From contig CANLPK010000006.1 in the NCBI GenBank assembly GCA_947492885.1, positions 1 through 62,724 on the forward strand: 62,724 nt of DNA. Reading direction: 5' to 3'. Position numbers and translations under genes: made by a program. Shown here one piece after another: positions 1-10,205 of this stretch; position 1 is the stretch's first letter, and each line of letters starts with the position of its first letter. The notes beneath the pieces are model-generated. The model saw only the letters and a list, made by a program, of their open reading frames with translations. It ran no database searches and was not told the DNA's origin. The stretch comes from Bacteroidota bacterium. GTDB lineage: Bacteria; Bacteroidota; Bacteroidia; UKL13-3.

Positions 1-471
1 TTGATAGAATAAAGTCGGGTAAATTTTTGTTCGTTGCATTTTCTGTACCACATGTTGAATTTTTTCATCCATCTCCAAGGGGTTACTCATGGGTGCAAGC
101 GCTTGCATATCGAGGTGGTTGATGGCGCCATCCCACATGAACTGCGACATCCATGCTAAATTCATTAAGGCGGGAGCATTGCGTGTTCCAATTCTATTGT
201 CGATACCGTGGCTTAGGGCGTGGTCGACATGGGCGAACGCAGTATATTGTGAGTGGCAACTATTACAGGAGATGGTACTATCGCGCGATAAAATGGGATC
301 ATAAAATAAAACCCTTCCTAAATTTATTCGCGCTCTGGAAAGCGGATTCTTTTTCAAATCATAAACGGGCTTGGGCCAGTTTTTTGGAGCAGTAAACAAA
401 GGTGCTTCGTGCAAAAGTGCTCCGAATGTGAATGCCACTAGGATGAAAAAAACAAGATGAATCTTCTTCAT
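1..471 (-). CDS. Di-heme cytochrome c peroxidase family protein (MbnH/MauG-like), 3' part runs off the window edge
   Basis: Not in the ORF track; translated by hand as MKKIHLVFFILVAF...LGRVLFYDPILSRDSTISCNSCH...RNAPALMNLAW...FMWDG. It has a CxxCH heme motif, and its ATG overlaps the TGA of the upstream MbnP-family gene (ATGA). Confidence 0.9.
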   Translation of the reverse strand, partial: MKKIHLVFFILVAFTFGALLHEAPLFTAPKNWPKPVYDLKKNPLSRARINLGRVLFYDPILSRDSTISCNSCHSQYTAFAHVDHALSHGIDNRIGTRNAPALMNLAWMSQFMWDGAINHLDMQALAPMSNPLEMDEKIQHVVQKMQRTKIYPTLFYQ

Positions 472-1169
472 GGCTGGCATTTAAAATTTTTAGCGATGAT
501 GGCTGCAATGCGCACTGCAGCTTCACCTGGGGTCATGACTAAGTTTTCTTTCACAAGATTTATTTCTTCAATGCACGCTTTGATATCGAGATTGATTTCA
601 ACAGTATCATTGTTTGGGATATCTATTACAATGCGCTGCAATGCATTATACGGAGCTAAGTAGCCACCCAAATGAAATTGAAATTCATGCTGACGCGTAT
701 TGCAAAGATTGGAAACACCTTCGAGTTTTAAATTGATATAACCACTTTGCCAGGTCCAATACATCCCTTTGGTTGGGTCTAAGTCGCCCTCCAAAGCCCC
801 GGAAACATTGGTTAAGCTGTCGATGCCTAAGTGAAACTCGAGTTGATTAAATGCTTTTGTTGTATTGGATTTTTTATTTGCAGCAGGAAGCCCGAATTGC
901 ATTGAAGGAGGATTGGAAAGATCGATCAAGTGTGCTTGATTCGATTCACTCCATACCGTTTCATTATTTTGTTTTAATGTAATTCCTGAAATATAAAAAC
1001 GAAGTGTTTCAATTTTTAGGGAATCGTACTCATGGAATTTATAGAAGGTATCGAGTTGCAAATTATGATTGTCATACAAGGCCTTGAACTCCAGTCGCGG
1101 CAATGCATTGGTTTGTGCGGCGATTTGATTCAGCCACAAACAACAAAGAAATAAAATGCGGATACTCAT
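468..1169 (-). CDS. MbnP family copper-binding protein (canonical WxW type)
   Basis: Signal peptide; motifs LRFYIS, LGIDS..N..G...GDLDP..GMYWTWQSGYINLKLEG and FHLGGY; coupled to a CcP/MbnH gene. ATG at 1169 preferred over TTG at 1172. Confidence 0.85.
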   Translation of the reverse strand: MSIRILFLCCLWLNQIAAQTNALPRLEFKALYDNHNLQLDTFYKFHEYDSLKIETLRFYISGITLKQNNETVWSESNQAHLIDLSNPPSMQFGLPAANKKSNTTKAFNQLEFHLGIDSLTNVSGALEGDLDPTKGMYWTWQSGYINLKLEGVSNLCNTRQHEFQFHLGGYLAPYNALQRIVIDIPNNDTVEINLDIKACIEEINLVKENLVMTPGEAAVRIAAIIAKNFKCQP

Positions 1170-1187
1170 CAAGAATTAGCGAATGGG

Positions 1188-1195
1188 CAAAGATA
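1188..1195 (-). promoter_or_regulatory. Bacteroidota -7 promoter element (TATCTTTG) for mbnP/mbnH-like pair 1
   Basis: Exact TAnnTTTG match about 19 nt upstream of the ATG. Confidence 0.55.
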
Positions 1196-1235
1196 GTTTT
1201 TCCCTGAAATTCCTGTTTAGTACTGCTTTCATGAA

Positions 1236-1925
1236 TTAATTTTTGAGAACTCCCATGCCTCCATCAACGGCGAGTACTTGGCCTGTAATCCATGCTGCTC
1301 CTGGGCTTGATAGATACATGATGGCTTGTGCGATATCCTCAGTGCTTCCAATTTTATGCATTGGATTTCTTTTTTGTGATGCTTCGATCTTTTCGGGGGT
1401 ATTGATAAATTTATCGGAGAGCGGTGTATTGGTTAGAGATGGGGCAATGCAATTTACTCGAATACCCGGAGCCAACTCGGCTGCAAGTGATAGGGTTAAA
1501 CTTTCGATGGCTCCTTTGGCCATGGCAATAGATGCATGAAACGGCATGCCAGTGCGGGCTGCAACACTACTAATGAAAACGATGCTCCCTGCATTGCTTT
1601 GTTTCAACTTCGCGAGATAGGCTTGCACAAAAGCTACAGCGCCCAAACTATTTATTTGGTAATCATTAGTGAAATCCTGTTCGCTCAATCGATGGAAGGG
1701 TTTTAGTTGTATCGTTCCAGGGAAATATACCAAGGCATCAATAGGCTCCTCAATTGCAGGGAAACTGCCGAATTGATAGTTAGGCACCGTGAGGAAATGA
1801 TCATACCCTTGATTTTCTGTTTTGGTGGAAATGCCAATGACACGATGCCCTTGCGCTTTCAATTGTAGTGCAGTATGAATGGCAATAGCGGAGGAGGCTC
1901 CCGCAAATAAATAGGTTCGAGTCAT
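1236..1925 (-). CDS. Short-chain dehydrogenase/reductase (SDR, FabG-like)
   Basis: N-terminal GASSAIA Rossmann motif, SS-x-AA, IAMAKG (atypical YxxxK), RVNCIAP and WITGQVLAVDGG. Confidence 0.9.
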   Translation of the reverse strand: MTRTYLFAGASSAIAIHTALQLKAQGHRVIGISTKTENQGYDHFLTVPNYQFGSFPAIEEPIDALVYFPGTIQLKPFHRLSEQDFTNDYQINSLGAVAFVQAYLAKLKQSNAGSIVFISSVAARTGMPFHASIAMAKGAIESLTLSLAAELAPGIRVNCIAPSLTNTPLSDKFINTPEKIEASQKRNPMHKIGSTEDIAQAIMYLSSPGAAWITGQVLAVDGGMGVLKN

Positions 1926-1946
1926 GATTTTGTTGTTGCTAAAAAA

Positions 1947-4382
1947 TTAAAATTCAAATAATAACCCAATCGAAGGAACTACGGTAGCCGATTTATTCTC
2001 TAGCACTAACGGCACTGCATTCGATCCATCAAGTTTCACTGGTTGTCCGTCGGTAGTTTCAAAGCCAGTATTATCGGCATTGCGCTTAAATAAATAATCG
2101 GGGTTACCTTCATTCTTAAATCCAAATGCGTTTTGCAAATCGAGGTAAATATCCAAAGATGTTTTCTTGTAATTTATTTTTTTGTCAATACGCAAATCGA
2201 GTTGTTGAAACGATTGTAATCGTAGCGTGTTTAATTTTGTATTGTCTAAAATTCCTTTGCCAAGCAACATGAAATTTTGCTGAGATGCCACCAAATCGTA
2301 AGGAGTATAAGGCGATCCACCGGCGTATCTGTATTTCAAACCTAATTCATAACCACGTTTGAACTTCACGCCCAATGTAGCAGAAATTAAATGGCGGTTG
2401 TCCCATGATGATGGAATCAACTCTCCATTGTTTCCAGAGAATTTGCTTCTCACAAAAGTGTAACTTACCACATAAAAAACTTTCTTCACTAATTTTTGTT
2501 GAACAAACAATTCAAATCCGTAAGTCTCTCCTTTGCCTGTACTGGATACCTTTTCGCTGCCAATCGCTCCAAAGTCGGAACCCTGATTTGCCAATGAAAC
2601 ACCACTTCCTGCCGATACTGGATAGTTGCGATATTGCTTGTAAAATCCTTCAACAGTAAAACGTAATGCCTCATTTGGAAGGTACTGTGTACCCAATACA
2701 TAATGCGTCGATTGAATGTATTTCATCGATTTGTTTACATAGGTATTCGATGCATCTTTATATCCTAATGAAGTATAAGTTGGGATTTTATAATAATTGC
2801 CAATCGAACCTGTGATATCAAATTTAGAAGTCACATGATAAGCAACGGAGAAGCGTGGAGATAATGTGCTCAATGGATTGAAACCCTTATTCGTGAAGGA
2901 GTTCATGTCGGTGCGCAATCCCAGTGAAATTAGGATTCTGTTATGCATCATGTTTTTTGCAGCTTGAGCAAAGGCACCATACTTTGAAAAATCCATGGAA
3001 CTTTTTTGTTTGATGGTGATGCCAGGAACCTTAATATTTCCAAGGCTATCTTTAATGTCGTTACTAATTTTACTGAACAGGTCGGTATTGTATTTTACAT
3101 ATTGAGCCGAAACACCACCAGTAATTTTCCAACCTTTTATGTAAGTATTGATATCGTAACGAAATTTATTTTCTATTTCTTGCGATTGCAATTTGAATGT
3201 ACGCAATGCCTCAACTTTGGCTGCGTCATCAAATTTGTCAAGTTGATTATTGAACATATCTCTACTCAACGAAAAATTCATGAAGCCTCCTTTGAATGTT
3301 CTTTTTAATACGAAGCCTGTGGTATAGTTCCATTGATTGATATATGGCAATGAGCGTACGATGAATACATTTTCGGGAGTTGAGGTTTTTGTGGTTGCAA
3401 AAGAGAAACGATCGATAGCCCCAAGTCCAATGGCTGTAAGCGTTGTCTTCTCATTGAAACGATGTGTTACCTTGTATTGAAAATCATAAAAATTAGGACG
3501 AATAGGTAAATCAATTAAAGAGAATAATAAATCGAGATATGATTTACGTGCAGAAGCAAGGAAGGTTGTTTTCTTGTTAATGGGTCCTTCCAAAGTGAGA
3601 ACCGACTCTGTTAAGCTTGCTCTCACATTCCCTGATAAACGATCTGGATTTCCATCTCTTTGTTTGATTACAAAAGTAGACGCGAGTGCATTGTCATAAC
3701 GTGCATCGAAAGCCGAAGAGCTTAGCTTTAAATCTTCAATGAACGATACATTCAAGATTCCTTGTGCACCACCGGAGCTGCCTTGTGTTTGAAAATGATT
3801 GAGTACCGGAATTTCAATACCATCTAAATAGTATACGTTTTCGTTGGGAGCTCCTCCTCTGATGATGATATCATTTCTTGATGGGCCTCCACTACTTCCT
3901 CCAACACCAGGAAGTGTTTGCACCACGCGCGATACATCAAAATTGCCTCCAGGATTACTGCGAATTTCTTCGGAAGTAAGTTGTTGCACAGATAGGGGCG
4001 TAATCATATCAGCAGCTGCTGCCGATTTGCCTTTCTCATATTTAATTTCGACTTCTCCAAGTTGAGATGTTGATGGCTCCATTTCGAAATTCACAAACTG
4101 TGCATTTCCTGATGATACCGCGATATTATATTTAATGAGCGGAGTATATCCTATGTATTGGGCTTTAACATTATAGGTGCCAACCGGAATTACAATCTTA
4201 AAATTTCCATCGATATCGGTACTTGTTCCTATGGTGGTTCCTTCAATTATTACAGTACCTCCAATGATTACTTCCTGGGTATTTTTATCTTTTAACTGAC
4301 CACGAATGATGCCCGTATTTTGGGCTGAAAGGGTTATAGAAAGAAAAGTTAGCAGGCTGAATAAAATGTTTTTGAATGACAT
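1947..4382 (-). CDS. TonB-dependent receptor with carboxypeptidase-regulatory-like N-domain and plug
   Basis: Signal peptide, GTSTDIDGNF domain, plug motifs LPGV...IIRGG..NENVYYLDG, beta-barrel and C-terminal Phe. Confidence 0.9.
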   Translation of the reverse strand: MSFKNILFSLLTFLSITLSAQNTGIIRGQLKDKNTQEVIIGGTVIIEGTTIGTSTDIDGNFKIVIPVGTYNVKAQYIGYTPLIKYNIAVSSGNAQFVNFEMEPSTSQLGEVEIKYEKGKSAAAADMITPLSVQQLTSEEIRSNPGGNFDVSRVVQTLPGVGGSSGGPSRNDIIIRGGAPNENVYYLDGIEIPVLNHFQTQGSSGGAQGILNVSFIEDLKLSSSAFDARYDNALASTFVIKQRDGNPDRLSGNVRASLTESVLTLEGPINKKTTFLASARKSYLDLLFSLIDLPIRPNFYDFQYKVTHRFNEKTTLTAIGLGAIDRFSFATTKTSTPENVFIVRSLPYINQWNYTTGFVLKRTFKGGFMNFSLSRDMFNNQLDKFDDAAKVEALRTFKLQSQEIENKFRYDINTYIKGWKITGGVSAQYVKYNTDLFSKISNDIKDSLGNIKVPGITIKQKSSMDFSKYGAFAQAAKNMMHNRILISLGLRTDMNSFTNKGFNPLSTLSPRFSVAYHVTSKFDITGSIGNYYKIPTYTSLGYKDASNTYVNKSMKYIQSTHYVLGTQYLPNEALRFTVEGFYKQYRNYPVSAGSGVSLANQGSDFGAIGSEKVSSTGKGETYGFELFVQQKLVKKVFYVVSYTFVRSKFSGNNGELIPSSWDNRHLISATLGVKFKRGYELGLKYRYAGGSPYTPYDLVASQQNFMLLGKGILDNTKLNTLRLQSFQQLDLRIDKKINYKKTSLDIYLDLQNAFGFKNEGNPDYLFKRNADNTGFETTDGQPVKLDGSNAVPLVLENKSATVVPSIGLLFEF

Positions 4383-4392
4383 AAATGGTCTT

Positions 4393-4480
4393 AATTATTA
4401 CGGGTTCGTTTAATAATTGGCAAAAATAGTTCTAAATAAGCATAAAAAGCAAATTTATTTTACGATTACGTAATAAAATT
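4393..4480. promoter_or_regulatory. Divergent TBDT/MarR promoter region with two imperfect palindromes (candidate MarR operators)
   Basis: TTACG-ATTA-CGTAA at 4460-4473 and AATTATTACG-GGTT-CGTTTAATAATT at 4393-4418; -7 elements TATTTTTG (minus, 4421-4428) and TACTTTCG (plus, 4482-4489). Confidence 0.5.
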
Positions 4481-4512
4481 CTACTTTCGTGGAGAATTTA
4501 CCATTCTCAATT

Positions 4513-5175
4513 ATGGATAGCACATTAATACAACTCATCAAAAGTTATGAAACCTACCGTTCGGGTTTCAAGAGCGGTGTGAATGAAGATACCATGACTG
4601 ATTTTATCATTTATCTCAATAGTCAGTTGGGTCAAATTAATAATACCACGGTAAACCAAGGTACGGAAGCATGGACGAATTTCAATCGTAAAACACTGGA
4701 AGAAATTGCAGGAAGTACCCTTGGGAAATTGGGACGTTATGTGGATCATTATTCGCGCAAGGTGATGCCACAAACAGATTTGGGAAGCATTGATGAGTTT
4801 ACTTATTTGATGCAATTAATGCAGGAGGACCATCAAACAAAAACATCTTTAATCCATCACAATATCCATCCAATAACTTCAGGAACAGAAATCATAAAGC
4901 GGTTACTCAATAAAGGATATATAACGCAATTGGATGATGAGCATGATAAGCGCAGTGTGCGAGTGAGTATCACTCCGCAAGGGAAATCTGCATTGTTTTC
5001 TTCATTTGAAAAGCTGAGTATGATTACACGCATTGTATCGGCCGACCTAAGTGATGCAGAGCTAATGCAACTTGTAAATATTTTAAAGAAGCTCGATAAT
5101 TTCCATCTGAAAATTTATCATGAGGCTAGAAATATGGAAATGGATGAAATTGTATCTAACTATATTCCAGCATAG
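4513..5175 (+). CDS. MarR family winged-helix transcriptional regulator
   Basis: SGTEIIKRLLNKGYI...DKRSVRVSITPQG wHTH signature. ATG 4513 chosen because GTG 4489 overlaps the -7 element. Confidence 0.85.
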   Translation: MDSTLIQLIKSYETYRSGFKSGVNEDTMTDFIIYLNSQLGQINNTTVNQGTEAWTNFNRKTLEEIAGSTLGKLGRYVDHYSRKVMPQTDLGSIDEFTYLMQLMQEDHQTKTSLIHHNIHPITSGTEIIKRLLNKGYITQLDDEHDKRSVRVSITPQGKSALFSSFEKLSMITRIVSADLSDAELMQLVNILKKLDNFHLKIYHEARNMEMDEIVSNYIPA

Positions 5176-5178
5176 ATT

Positions 5179-5907
5179 TTAAACAAAGTAGGAGAGGAAC
5201 AGGGCCTTCTTTTGCCTAGCTACAGGCAATTGTGTGCCATCGGTGAGCACCACTTCATTATAGGCTTTCTTGTATTCACGAGCATAAGTCATATTAATTA
5301 GATAGCTCTGATGTATTCGAAAGAAGCCTTCCGATTCCAATATCTGAGAGTATTCTTTGAGTGTTTTTGAAGAGATCAATTTTCGTTTGCTATCTCTGAA
5401 ATAAAATTCCGAATAGTTTACATCACTTTTTACATACATGATATCTCCAATCTCCGCAATTAGAAATCCTTCAGCATTAGGTATTACCAGCTTTCTAATT
5501 TTCTTTTCCTTATAACTTTCCACCAACAATTTGTATTGCGGGTTTCTGTTTTGTTTCATCTGTCGGGCCATCTGCATCACATTCTCGAGCTTCACCGAAT
5601 CAACAGGCTTGAGTAAATACCCGATGGCAGCGAACTCAAATGCCTTCAATGCAAATTCATCGTGAGCGGTGGTGAAGGCCACCACCACCTGTCTCTCTTC
5701 CATTTGCTCAAGCAAGTCGAAACCTGTACCATCGGGCATTTTTATGTCTAAGAAAATTAAGTCAAACTCATTCTCGGAAAGCACTTCCAGTGCCGACTTC
5801 ACGCTATCGGCATGCTTGATGCTTTCGATGATTCCACTATAGATATCGAGTTTTCGTTCGAGCATGACGCGCGCACTACTTTCATCGTCAACGATTAATA
5901 TTCTCAT
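5179..5907 (-). CDS. LytTR family response regulator
   Basis: Receiver domain (IVDDE, FLDIKMP, YLLKP) plus LytTR domain (FFRIHQSYLIN, LPVAR). Confidence 0.95.
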   Translation of the reverse strand: MRILIVDDESSARVMLERKLDIYSGIIESIKHADSVKSALEVLSENEFDLIFLDIKMPDGTGFDLLEQMEERQVVVAFTTAHDEFALKAFEFAAIGYLLKPVDSVKLENVMQMARQMKQNRNPQYKLLVESYKEKKIRKLVIPNAEGFLIAEIGDIMYVKSDVNYSEFYFRDSKRKLISSKTLKEYSQILESEGFFRIHQSYLINMTYAREYKKAYNEVVLTDGTQLPVARQKKALFLSYFV

Positions 5908-7967
5908 ATTTCTGAATTCATAGTAATGGTTATACGTGTTCCTGATTGTCCGTTTTCTTTCAGTGTGTTAATTTCTACTGATCCATTTTTGCCCAATCGT
6001 TTTTGTATTAATTCAAATGCTTTGGATACATGCGAATCATCTTTCTGTTTCATGCTCGAATCGTATCCAATTCCATTGTCAGTTATCTCACATACCAACT
6101 CTTCTCTTTTATTTTCATAGAGCTTCATCACAATCTCGCCTGGTTTGTTGGTAGGCAGGATGCCATGCCAGATTGCATTTTCAACGATAGGTTGCAATAA
6201 TAATGAGGGTACCATCCATTGTTCTGTTTCGAGCGTAGGGTCGATTTCTACACGGAAATTAATTTTATCGGGGTACTTACGTTGTTCCAGTGATGCGTAC
6301 AATTCGGTGAACTCAATTTCATCTGACAAGGTGTGTTTTGTTTCCCCTGTTTTATTTAAAATGAGACGTAGAAATTTACTGAAGTCGGCCATGAATTGAT
6401 TTGCCATCTCTGAAGCCCCATCGGCATAATGCTTCTGAATGGTATTCAGTCCGTTGAAAAGGAAGTGAGGATTCATTCGAGCACGCAATAAGCGATGTTC
6501 CAAATCAACTGCTTCCTGTTGATGCTTGAGACGATTGCGTTGTACCCAGAACCAAACGATGAGTGCGGCCATCAATACAAATATTAATAAGGAGGCAATC
6601 CAAAATTCACGCAATCGAAGTTGTGCCTCCCGGGTGCGGTTGCGCTCTTCGAGTAATTGATTCTCGAGGTTCAACTCATTTATTTTTTCATCTTTCTTTT
6701 CAGTGCCATAACGAACTTCAATCTCGTCGAGTAAATTCAAGTGTTCCACATCGGCAACGCTATCGCGGGCTCCAACAAATAAGCGGTAATATTCGAATGC
6801 ATTTTTGAAATCGTTTTTCTTCTCATAGAGCAAATAAAATTTCTCATATAGTAAATAGTTTTCATGACTGCCCTTAATTGCATTCTTCAATGCCAATGCT
6901 CTTTTTAAAACGGCTTCTGCTTCTTCCAATTTATTTTGGTGGGTGAGCAATTGTCCTTTATTACTTAGTGCAGAAATAAGACACGATTTCAAACTAATCG
7001 AATCGGCCATATTGATAGAGGCATCGAATGCTTCCCCAGCTTTATCGTATAATTCCAATTTATAATAGGCCCCGCCTAGGTTATCCTGACAACTGCATAA
7101 TCTTTCCTTATCGTCACCTTTCTTATGAAACTCCAATGCTCTTTCTAAACCAACTCTGGCACTATCGTATTGCCCCAAATTCAAATAGGCAATCCCCATA
7201 TTGTTATAAATTGATGCACGATAACGTTCTACCTCTGGGTTTAATAAATCGTAAGCAATCTTGAAATATTCAATCGCTTTTTTTAGAAACATTTTTTGAG
7301 TATAGCCGGTACTTACCTTATTCTCAGGACTTCCCAGCTCGTTATAAATAGCCCCAGCATTTACAGCCGAACGAAACATCATGGCGGTATCTTTTAGTTC
7401 ACGACCAATTTTTTCTGTTTCAACAACATAATAAACAGCTTTAGGTAATTGCTCAATATTGATATAGTACACTCCGAAATTATTATAAATCATACCCATG
7501 CGACGAAGGTTATCGGTAGATCTATCTTCTGTTAGGAGTCTGGTTGCAATTTTTAATGCTTCATCATAATAATATTTTGTGGAGTCATATTTTGTTTCAT
7601 CACCATAGATACTTCCCAAAGTAAGGTCGGCTCTGAACTGCACTGCAGACTCGTCCCCTTCAATGCCAAGTGCACGTGCTAAAATGAATCTTGGTAGCGC
7701 TTCTCTTGGTTCACTTCTTCGGCAACCTTGGGCCATTAATAATGCAGCTTGAGCATGCGATTTCTTTTGGTTCTCGGCAGCAGCCAGTACCATGGCTTTG
7801 CTGGCATAAAACCGAAGCGAATCCATATTGTTTTGCTTCTGCCAAGCCCTGCTTTGGTCGAGGTATTCATCGAGTTTCGATTTGTTCTGTGCAACACCAT
7901 GAATGCTCATCAGAAAAAACAAAACAAGAAATAATGGGTATGAGAATTTCTTTACTTTAAATTTCAT
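5904..7967 (-). CDS. TPR-repeat LytS/YehU-type sensor histidine kinase
   Basis: Signal peptide, TPR repeats (YNNFG, YNNMG), TM segment, RARMNPHFLFNGLN, LLQPIVENAIWHG and DNGIG; 4-nt overlap with the LytTR gene. ATG 7967 preferred over TTG 8015. Confidence 0.9.
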   Translation of the reverse strand: MKFKVKKFSYPLFLVLFFLMSIHGVAQNKSKLDEYLDQSRAWQKQNNMDSLRFYASKAMVLAAAENQKKSHAQAALLMAQGCRRSEPREALPRFILARALGIEGDESAVQFRADLTLGSIYGDETKYDSTKYYYDEALKIATRLLTEDRSTDNLRRMGMIYNNFGVYYINIEQLPKAVYYVVETEKIGRELKDTAMMFRSAVNAGAIYNELGSPENKVSTGYTQKMFLKKAIEYFKIAYDLLNPEVERYRASIYNNMGIAYLNLGQYDSARVGLERALEFHKKGDDKERLCSCQDNLGGAYYKLELYDKAGEAFDASINMADSISLKSCLISALSNKGQLLTHQNKLEEAEAVLKRALALKNAIKGSHENYLLYEKFYLLYEKKNDFKNAFEYYRLFVGARDSVADVEHLNLLDEIEVRYGTEKKDEKINELNLENQLLEERNRTREAQLRLREFWIASLLIFVLMAALIVWFWVQRNRLKHQQEAVDLEHRLLRARMNPHFLFNGLNTIQKHYADGASEMANQFMADFSKFLRLILNKTGETKHTLSDEIEFTELYASLEQRKYPDKINFRVEIDPTLETEQWMVPSLLLQPIVENAIWHGILPTNKPGEIVMKLYENKREELVCEITDNGIGYDSSMKQKDDSHVSKAFELIQKRLGKNGSVEINTLKENGQSGTRITITMNSEI

Positions 7968-8124
7968 GATTTCGTTTTGAATTTGCAAAATACATTTGAT
8001 TTTCAAATAATACAATAGAGATAGGAATTCATACTTACAAACTTAATTTAAGCCTGGAAGCATGAAGGCCTTTACAAAAGTTTTTGTATTCGTTGTAATT
8101 GTTTCATTAAAGGAACCGCCATAA

Positions 8125-8158
8125 CCTTATACCCAACAAAATCTCTGTTGGGTAAAGG
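8125..8158. terminator. Hairpin downstream of the LamG gene (possible terminator or stability element)
   Basis: TACCCAACA-AAATCTC-TGTTGGGTA stem extended by CCTT/AAGG; no clear U tract. Confidence 0.35.
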
Positions 8159-8206
8159 CATGACGGCCAAGCAAACCAATTATAATCAGAAGTATTGCTT
8201 TTTTCA

Positions 8207-10123
8207 TTATCGTACGATGAGTAACGGATTCTGTGATAGCCCTGAATTGTTCAAGCAAGTGATAACATACGATCCAGCAGGAATGGTACTGATATCCAGA
8301 ATCGTGTTTTTTGAGCTGCTTGTTTCAATAAGAATTACTCGGCCTTGTAAATCGAATATTTTTATTTGATGTTCTTGCCCATCATCAAGAGTCACAGATA
8401 GTTCATTCTTCGCTGGATTTGGGTAGATATGCATGGTATGAATAGGTTGATTGATTCCCGATGATACGGACATTCCAATATGTGCTACGTTGGTTGTGGC
8501 TTGTTTGCCACCAGAGGTTATTACACACTGATAGTCGCCAGTATCTGCAGCTTGCAATGCGCTATAGCTAAGCGTTGCAGCAGTTGCACCCGATACATTA
8601 TTGAATGTATTTCCATTGCCTTTCTTTTGCCATTGATAGGTTACCGCCGCAGTGCCAATTCCTTTGCATGTTAAAGATGCTGCAGTATTTTGTGCCACAG
8701 TGGTTGAGCTAGGTTGTTGTTTTATATAAAGACTATTTGAAAACATTGAGGTGACATCGGTTGCAGTGAAAGCACTATTGATGATGCTCACTTCATCGAT
8801 AATACCTTTGAAGTATTTATTCAATGCACCGTATGAATCGGTGAGATATCCAATGGTACCTGCGACGCTAGCACTATTTCCCATGATTGCTCCGGTTCCT
8901 GAGAGTACACCACCCGAAATGGCATTGCCATTAATGTAAATTTTATAAGTAGAGATATTGGTGAGTACTGCTGTGATTAAAGTCCAGCGCCCAGTGGTGA
9001 TGGCATCATTCGAAACATAAGTTCGTCGGCAGGTGCCTCCATTACAACTGGCATCTCCAACATAAATGGTTGGGAATCCATTGTCGATCCATAATGAAGC
9101 GCCAGCATAAACACCCGATGAATGATCGGTGGTATTGACAATTGGCAAAGTGCCTGTGCTTGTTTCGATATATACCCAAGCAGATAATGTAACAGGGAAT
9201 GCTGGCTTGTAAGTGGCATTGGCAGGCAAGGCAATTTTATCAGAACTGCCATTGAATAAAAGCCCCGCGCCCGTATTTCCCAATCGGTCAACATCAGCGG
9301 TGGTTCCTGTTTTTGTGATGGTGTTTGATGCAGGTCCAAAATCTTTCGATGCTGCACCCAATTCACCAAAGAAAACCAAATCTTTATTCAGTTTCACCTC
9401 TACATCCGACAGTGCTCTTCCCCATACCATGAGGTTATCAATCTTACCATTTAAATAAGCATACGTGCCTGCGCCGATATTGGCTGATCCCAAACTTGTA
9501 TTTGAAGTGGTATTCCAGCCCATCGTGACATTCGTTCCTGAAGCAGTGGTTGCCAAATCCTTCACGCCATTGATGTATAAATCAATGACATTCGATGATC
9601 TGAATACAGCGCAAATGTGCACCCAGGTTGATGCGGTGAGCGCACTAGCACTTTTAACCGAAAAGCGATTCCCACTTCCTGCAGCGATACCATCACCTAC
9701 ATTAGCGTAAACAAACCCATCGATGATTTGAATCCAAACTCCTGCATAGCGGGTATAGTTGTCGTTGCTATAAAACACTGGATTGTTGCCCGTGATTGAA
9801 GTTAAATTAACCCAAGTTGAAACAGTCAGCGGAAGTGCGTGTTGAAAGGCCGTTCCAACAGTTGCGTAGGTAACTCTCGAGCTGGTTCCATTGAAGGTTA
9901 CCGCCTGATTTACATTGCCCCGGGTGTCGTTAGAATACGTAATGGAAGCCGAGGTAGGCGCATAGCCTGCAGGTCCATTATCGTTCACAGTTGAATTTAC
10001 AGGAATATGCAACAATAAACTGTCACTGTATTTCTGTGCTACAAGCTCTGCAGCAAGAGCTACAGATAAAATTAAAAGTAATACTCTGATCATAATGACA
10101 CAAACATCAGTGGTTGGTATCAT
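8207..10123 (-). CDS. T9SS-secreted protein with two LamG-like jellyroll domains and an Ig domain
   Basis: Two TVSTWV/TLSAWV...W.HI...LYING...G.ID repeats; QQPSS...YQWQK...DTGDYQC Ig domain; IYPNPA...IFDLQG CTD. Start may be 10093. Confidence 0.85.
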   Translation of the reverse strand: MIPTTDVCVIMIRVLLLILSVALAAELVAQKYSDSLLLHIPVNSTVNDNGPAGYAPTSASITYSNDTRGNVNQAVTFNGTSSRVTYATVGTAFQHALPLTVSTWVNLTSITGNNPVFYSNDNYTRYAGVWIQIIDGFVYANVGDGIAAGSGNRFSVKSASALTASTWVHICAVFRSSNVIDLYINGVKDLATTASGTNVTMGWNTTSNTSLGSANIGAGTYAYLNGKIDNLMVWGRALSDVEVKLNKDLVFFGELGAASKDFGPASNTITKTGTTADVDRLGNTGAGLLFNGSSDKIALPANATYKPAFPVTLSAWVYIETSTGTLPIVNTTDHSSGVYAGASLWIDNGFPTIYVGDASCNGGTCRRTYVSNDAITTGRWTLITAVLTNISTYKIYINGNAISGGVLSGTGAIMGNSASVAGTIGYLTDSYGALNKYFKGIIDEVSIINSAFTATDVTSMFSNSLYIKQQPSSTTVAQNTAASLTCKGIGTAAVTYQWQKKGNGNTFNNVSGATAATLSYSALQAADTGDYQCVITSGGKQATTNVAHIGMSVSSGINQPIHTMHIYPNPAKNELSVTLDDGQEHQIKIFDLQGRVILIETSSSKNTILDISTIPAGSYVITCLNNSGLSQNPLLIVR

Positions 10124-10205
10124 ATAAAAAGCGCTGCTTATTATCAGGTAATAGATGGCGCGTATTTGCCTCGCCTCGGTTATTATTTGGTAAGGCCGTG
10201 TTAGG

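Noticed and set aside
8148-8369. 73-aa plus-strand ORF in the LamG/kinase gap
   Set aside because: Starts inside a hairpin and lies mostly antisense to the LamG gene CTD
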